Source: a virus | Taxonomy: Duplodnaviria; Caudoviricetes | Direction: 5' to 3' (one strand) | Virus record (IMG/VR): IMGVR_UViG_3300012863_000021 | Location: 1-34,039 of that record | DNA length: 34,039 nucleotides | In this document: one piece after another, positions 27,783 to 34,039 of the stretch | How the letters are laid out: the number at the start of each line of letters is the position of its first letter | Position numbering within the stretch: the first letter of the stretch is position 1 | Made by a program: the position numbers and the translations under genes | Notes under the pieces: generated by a model | The model's input: the letters and a program-made list of their open reading frames with translations, nothing else | Database searches by the model: none | What the model was told of the DNA's origin: nothing

Positions 27783-28477
27783 TGGCGACCAACCCGCGCG
27801 GGCACACCGTCCCGTCCGCGCCCGAGACCCCGTCCCGGGCGGCGATCTTCGGGTCCCTGCTGACCATCGGTGACATCGTGCGCGTCGCGAACACGACCGC
27901 GCGCTCCCAGCTCGTCGCGGACCTGACCGCTGCGGGTGTCGGCCCGAGCGCGGCACGCCCGCTGTACGTGCACCGCACGGACGCCGCCACGGGGCGTGAG
28001 CTCGAGGTCACCGTCGACGGGTCGACGTGGCGTGCGGTCGCGTCCCGGCCCGCCGGTGCGGCACCGTACCTGCGGCTGACGTCCCCGTCGGCGGTGTCCC
28101 GCGTCGGGGCGTCGTGGTCGCAGGTCACGAACCTCACGACCGCGGCGGAGAGCGCCGGGGACCAGCCGTGGACGCACACCGGCGGGGCGGTCACGATCAG
28201 CGACACCGCCCTGTACAGCATCTCCGCGACGATCAGCGTGTCCTCCACGGCGATCGGTTTCGGCCTGGAGATCTACAACGTGACCCGCACGGAGCGGTAC
28301 GCCTACCAGGGCGGGTCGGTGACCGGTGGCGTCAACTCCGCGTCGGTGGCGGCGACGCGCCGGATCACCGGCGGGGACGTCGTCATCCTGCGCGTCAACC
28401 CCGCGTCGACGCTCAACGTGAACCAGCACAACATCCTCGCGCCGGTGACGCTGACGGTCACGCAGGTGTCGGGCTGA
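27782..28477 (+). CDS. Minor tail / fibre-like protein
   Basis: AGGAGG RBS; beta-rich C-terminal domain; between the tail and lysis genes. Confidence 0.75.
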   Translation: MATNPRGHTVPSAPETPSRAAIFGSLLTIGDIVRVANTTARSQLVADLTAAGVGPSAARPLYVHRTDAATGRELEVTVDGSTWRAVASRPAGAAPYLRLTSPSAVSRVGASWSQVTNLTTAAESAGDQPWTHTGGAVTISDTALYSISATISVSSTAIGFGLEIYNVTRTERYAYQGGSVTGGVNSASVAATRRITGGDVVILRVNPASTLNVNQHNILAPVTLTVTQVSG

Positions 28478-29364
28478 TGGGCTGGGCCCTGCCCGTCGCC
28501 GGCGGGTACGTCACGTCCGGGTACGGTCCGCGCACGTCGCCGGGCGGGGTCGGGTCGACCTGGCACCGCGGCGTGGACCTGGGTGGGCGGGGCACGGACT
28601 GGCTGGTGCGCTCGGTCGGCCCGGGCTACGTCCTGGCGCGCGGCACGAACGCCGTGCGGGGGCACTGGGTCGCGGTGCGGCACGACGACGGGTCGACGAC
28701 CGCGTCCCAGCACCTGGCGTCCGTCAGCGCGTCAGGTCGGGTCGGCGGCGGCACCGCCCTGGGGGTCATGGGGCAGACCGGGTCGTCCACGGCCACGCAC
28801 CTGCACCTCGAGGCGTTCCCGCCCGGCCGGTTCGTCCTCGTGGGCGACGCGTTCGCGACGGTCGACCGGGCGGTCGACCCCGAGCCGTACCTGCGGGCCC
28901 GTGGTGTGGACCTGCGCACCGGGACCGTGACCGTCACCAACCCCGGCCCCGGGACCGGGGGCGTGCCCGACGTGCCCGCCGTGGACCCGGTGACCCCGAT
29001 CAGCCCGCTCCCCGAGGAGGACGACATGCCCGTCTACGTGAAGACCACCAGCGGGGACATCTTCTCCGTGATGCCCGGCCGTGGACCCCTGCGGCTGACG
29101 ATCGAGCAGTGGACGCTGCTGGCACGCACCGGCGCGGTCCTGCGCAACGCTGGCGACCCGGTGCACCGGCAGGAGGTCGACGTGATCTCCGCGACCATGC
29201 AACCGCCCGTGGCGACGCCCGAGCAGGTCGCGGCGGCCGTCGCTGCGTCCACGGCCCTGCGGGTCGCGATCGGTGACGAGGTGTGGACCCGCCCCGTGAC
29301 CGTCGCCGGGCAGCGGGTCACCATCGGGCAGGCCGTGCAGGCCCTGGCGAACGCGGGCGTGTGA
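28477..29364 (+). CDS. Endolysin, M23 peptidase plus C-terminal putative binding domain
   Basis: VTSGYGPR, HRGVD (HxxxD) and GQTGSSTATHLHLE (HxH) motifs. Confidence 0.9.
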   Translation: MGWALPVAGGYVTSGYGPRTSPGGVGSTWHRGVDLGGRGTDWLVRSVGPGYVLARGTNAVRGHWVAVRHDDGSTTASQHLASVSASGRVGGGTALGVMGQTGSSTATHLHLEAFPPGRFVLVGDAFATVDRAVDPEPYLRARGVDLRTGTVTVTNPGPGTGGVPDVPAVDPVTPISPLPEEDDMPVYVKTTSGDIFSVMPGRGPLRLTIEQWTLLARTGAVLRNAGDPVHRQEVDVISATMQPPVATPEQVAAAVAASTALRVAIGDEVWTRPVTVAGQRVTIGQAVQALANAGV

Positions 29365-29801
29365 TGCCGGACACCGGGCTGCCGCGCTGGGCGCGGGTCA
29401 TCGGGCGGTCCCTGCGCGTGGCCGCGTACCTGCTGACCGTCGTCGTCGCGGTCGGGGACACGTGGTGGCCGTCGGCGACGATCGACGGCGTCGTCCCGGC
29501 GTGGCAGCTGCAGACCACCGCGGTCGCGATGACCGTGCTCGGGCTGCTCGGTGCGGTCGGTGTGCTCGTGCACCGGTGGCGCGTGGAGTGGGTGTGCGCG
29601 TCGGTCGTGGCGTTCCTGCTCGCGGGGCGCGCCGGACCGGTGTGGGCGTCCGTCGACGACATCCCCTCACGCCTGGCCGCCGCGGCGATGATGACGCTCG
29701 CCAGCATCGGGCTCGCCGCCCGCGCACTGGATCTGTGGGTGTTCGCGGTCAAGACGGCCGGCGCGGCGCACCTGCCGCGACGTCGGGAGGCGCGCGCGTG
29801 A
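29364..29801 (+). CDS. Membrane protein of the lysis cassette (about 4 TM)
   Basis: Several hydrophobic segments; TGATG coupling to the endolysin. Confidence 0.75.
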   Translation: MPDTGLPRWARVIGRSLRVAAYLLTVVVAVGDTWWPSATIDGVVPAWQLQTTAVAMTVLGLLGAVGVLVHRWRVEWVCASVVAFLLAGRAGPVWASVDDIPSRLAAAAMMTLASIGLAARALDLWVFAVKTAGAAHLPRRREARA

Positions 29802-30151
29802 CCCACGAGCTCACCCTGGTCGGTCTCGGTGCGCTCGGCGGGATCCTGTCCGGCGCGGCCGCCCTGTGGGGCGTGCGCAACAGCCGTCGCGCCGGGGTCG
29901 CCGGTGACGAGCGGGAGGCGCGCCGCGACGAGGCCGCCGCACGCCGGGACACGATCGCGGACCGGGACGCGCAGATCGACCAGCTGCAGGAGGACGTGGT
30001 CGGGCTGCGGGAGGCCGTCGCCCGGGTCACCCAGCGCGCGGACGCCCTGCTCGACGAGCTCGAGCGGGAGCGTGCGTACTCCCGGGCGCTGATCGACCAC
30101 ATCTACCGCCAGGCCCCACCCCCACCCCCGGAGCGTCCCGCACGCCCCTGA
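29798..30151 (+). CDS. Membrane-anchored coiled-coil protein of the lysis cassette
   Basis: N-terminal TM, heptad region and PPPPERP end. Confidence 0.75.
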   Translation: MTHELTLVGLGALGGILSGAAALWGVRNSRRAGVAGDEREARRDEAAARRDTIADRDAQIDQLQEDVVGLREAVARVTQRADALLDELERERAYSRALIDHIYRQAPPPPPERPARP

Positions 30152-30164
30152 CCAGGAGGTCACC

Positions 30165-30581
30165 ATGTCTCACCCCGTCCCCGCCGCCGCGCAGTCCTGG
30201 TGGCGTCGCGTCCTGGCGTTCGAGCCCGTGGCCGTGCAGGCCGTCGTCCGCGCCGTGTTCGTGCTGGTCGGCGCGACGGGCCTGGCGGTCCCCGAGGTCG
30301 TCGAGGTCCGCATCCTGGCGACCGTCGTGGCGTTCTACGCGCTCGTCGAGGTCGTCACGACCCTCCTGACACGCGCCCGGGTCACCCCGGACGCCGCGGT
30401 GGTCGAGCGTGCGACCACCGACGTCGACTCCCTGCCCGTGGTCGTGGCCGGCCCCGCAAACGATGTCATCCCGGCCGGTGAGGTCGTGCGCGTGCACGGT
30501 GTGCCGCGCCTGGCCGACGACGAGCACGACGACGAGCCCGGCGGTGGGCTGGACCCGTACCCGTACCCGCGCGGCTTCTGA
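30165..30581 (+). CDS. Putative holin (2 TM)
   Basis: AGGAGG RBS; EPVAV...TM-TM...RARVTP pattern of actinophage holins. Confidence 0.75.
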   Translation: MSHPVPAAAQSWWRRVLAFEPVAVQAVVRAVFVLVGATGLAVPEVVEVRILATVVAFYALVEVVTTLLTRARVTPDAAVVERATTDVDSLPVVVAGPANDVIPAGEVVRVHGVPRLADDEHDDEPGGGLDPYPYPRGF

Positions 30582-30594
30582 CCGGGCCCCTGTC

Positions 30595-30819
30595 GTGGAC
30601 CCGTGCGCGCACCGCTGCGACGTCGTGCAGGGCCTGGTCCTGCAGGTGTCCCGCCTGACCGGGCAGGACCAGGCCACCGTCCGTGTCGGTGTCGGCCTGG
30701 CCCGCGACTACGTGCCCCTGACACCTGCACCGGTGTGCACCGGGTGCACGGCCGTGCACCCGTCCCCGCTGGCAGCCGCGGAGTGCTGCACCACGACCAC
30801 GACCGGGAGGCTGGCATGA
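30595..30819 (+). CDS. Possible small Cys-rich hypothetical protein
   Basis: Open frame coupled to the next ATG; CTGC...AAECC motif; no clear RBS. Confidence 0.35.
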   Translation: MDPCAHRCDVVQGLVLQVSRLTGQDQATVRVGVGLARDYVPLTPAPVCTGCTAVHPSPLAAAECCTTTTTGRLA

Positions 30820-31847
30820 CGACGGTCCGCATCGACCTGCGCGACCCGTCCCTGACGGGCCCCGACGTCCCGGTCACCGGGGTCGTGGACTGGACCCCGA
30901 CACGCCGCCGCCGGGTCGAGGGTGACGACGGCCCGCACGTGACCTTGCCCACGGGGCGGCGCGCGCGGATCGACGGCGCGGCGGTGACGGTCGACGTGGA
31001 CCCCACGGGACCGCATTGGTGCTGGCGGGTCGACGAGCGGGTGCCCGGCGGCACGACCCGGTGGGTCGCGGTCCCCGAGGCTGGGGGTGTCGTGCCCTAC
31101 GCGGACCTCGTCGACGTCGACCCCGGCACCCTGGACCCGCTCGACCCGCCGCCGCCGTCGGTGGTGGACGTCCTGGCGCAGGCCGCGCAGGCCCGCGACG
31201 ACGCGCAGACCGCAGCCCAGGACGCGGGCGGGTCCGCGACCGTCGCGACGGCCGCCCGCGACCAGGCCGTCGCCGCAGCAGGCACGGCGAGCGGTGCCGC
31301 CGACGCGGCGAGCGGTGCAGCAGGGGCAGCGATCGGTGCGGCGTCCAGCGCGCTGACGTCGGCGTCCGACGCGACCTACCAGGCCGGGGTCGCGTCGTCG
31401 GCCGCGACCGCAGCGCTCGGCCACGCCTCCGACGCCCTGTACCAGGCAGGGGCCGCGACCACCGCCGCCACCGACGCCGCCGCCGCGGCGACGACCGCCG
31501 GCGCGTCCGCGACGACCGCCACGGGTGCCGCGACCGCAGCAGCCGCCGACGCCGGTGCCGCCGGCGCGGCCGCCGCTGCCGCGGCCGACGCGCAGGGCGC
31601 AGCCGAGGCCGCCGAAGTTCACGACGCTGGGCGGCATTCAGACATTCTGGCAAACCCAGCTCGCCACCGGCGTGCCTTCTGTCTTGAACGGCAAGCCCGC
31701 CGGTCTTATAACGGCGGCGGCATCCGGTGTCAATTTCCTCGTCGGAATTCTGCAACCGAGCACGGCGGGCACTCAGGTGGCGGGGAAGGTACTGCTGGCA
31801 CCGACCGCTTCCAGCGCCGGAAAGACCATCACCCTGTTCTGGTATGA
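30816..31847 (+). CDS. Tail-fibre-like protein, N-terminal part with Ala-rich shaft; out of frame after about 31612
   Basis: GGGAGG RBS; WCWRVDE...YADLVDVDPGTL N-terminal module; the sequence stops looking protein-like at the GC drop. Confidence 0.65.
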   Translation: MTTVRIDLRDPSLTGPDVPVTGVVDWTPTRRRRVEGDDGPHVTLPTGRRARIDGAAVTVDVDPTGPHWCWRVDERVPGGTTRWVAVPEAGGVVPYADLVDVDPGTLDPLDPPPPSVVDVLAQAAQARDDAQTAAQDAGGSATVATAARDQAVAAAGTASGAADAASGAAGAAIGAASSALTSASDATYQAGVASSAATAALGHASDALYQAGAATTAATDAAAAATTAGASATTATGAATAAAADAGAAGAAAAAAADAQGAAEAAEVHDAGRHSDILANPARHRRAFCLERQARRSYNGGGIRCQFPRRNSATEHGGHSGGGEGTAGTDRFQRRKDHHPVLV

Positions 31848-32145
31848 CGGATCGAACTACGGCCAGACGCCTGCCCTGCTGTCTTCGGTCCCGGGGGAGG
31901 CACGGCTGTACAACCTGCCGTCAGCACGCGTCTCGGTCGCAACCGTCCGGTGGTACTTTTCCCGTAATGCCGCGACAGGTGCGTGGGTCGAGGGCGATCA
32001 GTTCTACGCGTGCGAACCCATCGCGGAAGTTGTCACATCCTCCGGGGTCACCCTTCCGGGCCCGTACTTCGACGGCGACACCGCCCGCGCGGAATGGACC
32101 GGCACGCCGAACGCCAGCCCGAGCACGCTCTGGTCGGCCGGCTGA
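31612..32145 (+). pseudogene. Start-less C-terminal carbohydrate-binding-like tail module in the +1 frame
   Basis: Reads PKFTTLGG...PYFDGDTARAEWTGTPNASPSTLW, with the same end motif as the modules in the hub gene. No RBS or start. Lower GC. Confidence 0.6.
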
Positions 32146-32165
32146 CCCCCCCGCCCCGCACGACG

Positions 32166-32195
32166 ACGCCCCTCCCGCTTCGGCGGGAGGGGCGT
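32166..32195. terminator. Probably bidirectional intrinsic terminator between convergent units
   Basis: 13-bp stem ACGCCCCTCCCGC / GCGGGAGGGGCGT with a TTCG tetraloop. Confidence 0.85.
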
Positions 32196-32196
32196 T

Positions 32197-32319
32197 CTGT
32201 CATGCCCGGCCAGGGCCGGGAGTACCAACCACCATCGGTTGCTGGGTTCACCCCCGGCGTGCGGGGACATCCACCTACCGGCGACTGTCACTCGGCTCAT
32301 CCCCGCGTGCGGGGAGTGG
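32197..32319 (-). CRISPR. Degenerate type I-E-like mini-array (3 repeat-like units, spacers of 21 and 18 nt); candidate Racr / crRNA-like RNA
   Basis: Minus strand: CCACT-CCCCG-CACG-CGGGG-ATGAGCCG (32319-32293), GATGT-CCCCG-CACGC-CGGGG-GTGAACCC (32271-32244), GTACT-CCCGGC-CCTG-GCCGGG-CATGACAG (32225-32197). Compare the I-E repeat pattern GTGNTCCCCGCGNNNGCGGGGATGANCCG. Confidence 0.7.
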
Positions 32320-32406
32320 TCATGAGGGTAGCGGGTGTCGAGCCGCGGCGCGGCGGTTTCGGTCAGGCGAGCCGGACAGGTCGACCACGTGCTGCCCCGC
32401 CGGCGC

Positions 32407-33093
32407 TCACCCTTGGTCCTCGACGCGTGCGGGTCGCCCACCCTTGCCGGGGCGCGCCGCGTGCCAGGTCAGCACCTCGCCGCGGTCCCACACGTCCAGC
32501 CTGCGCCCGCGGTACCCGACCGGCGCGTCCCCGAGCGGGCGCGGGACCCCGGCGTCACCTCGCGCGTGGTACGCCCGCCACGTCGAGGCTGTGACCCCGA
32601 CCAGCGCGGCGGCCTCGTCGGCGGTCAGCATGTCGCTGCGCTCGCGCCACAGCGCGGTGAGCGCACGCGAGACGCGCACGGCCGTCGGCGTCCACCCCGG
32701 GTCCCGCGACCCCCAGATGACGTGCACGGCGTACTGCTGTACGGCGCGGGGACGGGCGTCGCGGGGACGCTCGGTCTCGAGGCGCGCACCGGGCAGGTGG
32801 TCCAGGAGCCGGGCGACCGCCTCGTCCGCGTCGCGGCGGGTCAGCCACCCCAGGGAGTGCATCAGGGCCATGCGCCCGCCGGCGTACACGCCGACCTGCA
32901 CCCGTACCCGCCCGGCGACCATCGCGGCCATCTCGTCGGCCGGCAGGTCCCGTGTACCGCGCGGCAGGTGCACGACGTCGAGGTCGGCCGCGAGGGCGTC
33001 GAGCTCGCGCATCAGCGGCCAGCGGTGCGCCCGCGGCCAGTGCCCGTGGGCGTCGAGGTGATCGGCGGACGGCGGCGGGACGGCGGTGGGCAC
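32407..33093 (-). CDS. Two-domain protein with C-terminal HTH (AlpA/MerR-like); candidate Aca-type regulator or Acr-HTH fusion
   Basis: MLTADEAAALVGVTASTWRAYHARG...P.P...W...EV..W...RPG motif; last gene of the minus-strand operon. Confidence 0.75.
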   Translation of the reverse strand: MPTAVPPPSADHLDAHGHWPRAHRWPLMRELDALAADLDVVHLPRGTRDLPADEMAAMVAGRVRVQVGVYAGGRMALMHSLGWLTRRDADEAVARLLDHLPGARLETERPRDARPRAVQQYAVHVIWGSRDPGWTPTAVRVSRALTALWRERSDMLTADEAAALVGVTASTWRAYHARGDAGVPRPLGDAPVGYRGRRLDVWDRGEVLTWHAARPGKGGRPARVEDQG

Positions 33094-33096
33094 CGC

Positions 33097-33321
33097 TCAG
33101 TCCTCCACCGCGACGACCGCGGCGTCCGGGACTCGCAGGGTCAGCCCGTCGCGGTAGGCGACCTCGGTCATCCCGGGCTCGTAGTAGCCGATCACGACCT
33201 GCCCGACCCGCTCGGTCGCGTAGAGCCGGACCCGCTCGTCGGTGACCTTCGAGAAGTCCACCCGGGCGCGGGTGCCCGGGGTGTAGTAGGTGGTCCCGTC
33301 GCTCCATCGGCTGATGCTCAT
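33097..33321 (-). CDS. Small hypothetical protein (74 aa, beta-rich); Acr candidate
   Basis: AGGAG RBS before the ATG at 33321; high GC3. Confidence 0.8.
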   Translation of the reverse strand: MSISRWSDGTTYYTPGTRARVDFSKVTDERVRLYATERVGQVVIGYYEPGMTEVAYRDGLTLRVPDAAVVAVED

Positions 33322-33353
33322 GGCAGGTCTCCTGGTGGGTCGAGGTGGTCGGG

Positions 33354-33638
33354 TCAGCGCAGGGGCTTGAGGGTGCGCAGCGCGCGGGCCGGGATGGTCT
33401 CGTCCTGCGACCAGGTGGCCAGGTGCGCGTCGCGCTCGGCCTGCGGCAGGCGCTTCCACGCGTCGAGCGGGGCGTGCGAGGCGCGCTCGGCGGCGTCGAG
33501 GTCCAGGCGCGCCTGGAAGATCGCGGCGTTGCCCTCGATGGTGAGGTCGTCGTGGGTGCGCAGGGCCTCGTCGCGGGCCTGGCGTGCGGCGTGCTTGGCG
33601 AGGGCCGCGGCGAGTGCGTCCTGGGCGATGGTGCTCAT
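33354..33638 (-). CDS. Small hypothetical protein (94 aa, helical); Acr candidate
   Basis: AGGAGG RBS; first gene after the promoter. Confidence 0.8.
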   Translation of the reverse strand: MSTIAQDALAAALAKHAARQARDEALRTHDDLTIEGNAAIFQARLDLDAAERASHAPLDAWKRLPQAERDAHLATWSQDETIPARALRTLKPLR

Positions 33639-33677
33639 GGTGTCCTCCTGGGCTGTGGTCCCTGCCTGATGACACCT

Positions 33678-33722
33678 AATCTACAGCACTACAACCCTTC
33701 GCGCAACCGTACTGCTGTAGAT
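33678..33722 (-). promoter_or_regulatory. Sigma-A-type promoter TTGCGC-N17-TAGATT overlapped by a 14-bp inverted-repeat operator
   Basis: -35 at 33706-33701 and -10 at 33683-33678. Inverted repeat ATCTACAGCACTAC 33679-33692 / GTACTGCTGTAGAT 33709-33722 (13/14 match). Confidence 0.8.
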
Positions 33723-33763
33723 ACCGGGTGAAGATGTCAGACCCCCGCGCGACCCTAGGCAGC

Positions 33764-34039
33764 GTGCACATCCCCTACAGCGGCCCCAGCCCCACCGAGG
33801 CCGCCGCCCTGTGGCAGCAGATCCTCAACGAGCGCCCCATCCCGCCGCGGCACCTGCAGAACATCACGCGCATGCCGATCCAGGTGACCGCCCGGATGGT
33901 GTGGGAACGCGACGGCGTCGAGCTCGTCGACACCGAGGCCATCGACTGGGTCGGCCGGGACGTCCTCGTGCGCGTCACCGGCCCGCGGCGGCAGACCTCA
34001 GGCGTGTGGCTCGACGCCAGCGACGTGCGGCGGCGCTAG
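33764..34039 (+). CDS. Hypothetical protein ending GVWLDASDVRRR; probably leaderless from GTG 33764 (ORF open from 33728)
   Basis: High GC3 from 33764; TGTCA-N11-GACCCT motif ends 7 nt upstream of the GTG. Confidence 0.65.
   Translation: MHIPYSGPSPTEAAALWQQILNERPIPPRHLQNITRMPIQVTARMVWERDGVELVDTEAIDWVGRDVLVRVTGPRRQTSGVWLDASDVRRR

Larger units (their letters stand above)
1..33722. mobile_element. Actinobacterial siphovirus-type prophage (partial; ends not visible)
   Basis: Complete replication-packaging-head-tail-lysis gene order. Confidence 0.92.

Noticed and set aside
30816-32145. Tail-fibre shufflon or diversity-generating retroelement
   Set aside because: No invertase, reverse transcriptase, inverted crossover sites or template/variable repeat pair was seen in the window.
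32335-33669. Plus-strand ORFs over the accessory operon
   Set aside because: The RBSs, promoter and codon bias all support the minus-strand genes.
33640-34039. attR or tRNA at the prophage end
   Set aside because: No tRNA fold or identifiable att core is visible, and the other prophage end is outside the window.

Overview
A very GC-rich actinobacterial siphovirus-type prophage segment (host genus cannot be fixed from the sequence alone). The + strand runs from replication and recombination genes (Cas4-like exonuclease, SSB-like protein, primase-polymerase/SF3 helicase, an iteron-rich putative origin, Holliday junction resolvase) through packaging, head and tail genes (with a -1 frameshifted tail chaperone and an inserted HNH gene) to an M23 endolysin/holin cassette and a broken tail-fibre gene. 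The most interesting part is a minus-strand accessory unit at 32197-33722. It has a sigma-A-type promoter overlapped by a 14-bp inverted-repeat operator, two small unknown ORFs and an HTH-bearing gene. These are followed, in the sense orientation, by three degenerate type I-E CRISPR-like repeats with short spacers (21 and 18 nt) and a terminator. This is a candidate combined protein (Acr/Aca) plus RNA (Racr or crRNA-mimic) anti-CRISPR locus. A 46-aa Cys-rich gene with its own RBS also appears to be overprinted inside the primase-helicase linker. No integrase, att site or cas operon is visible in the window.
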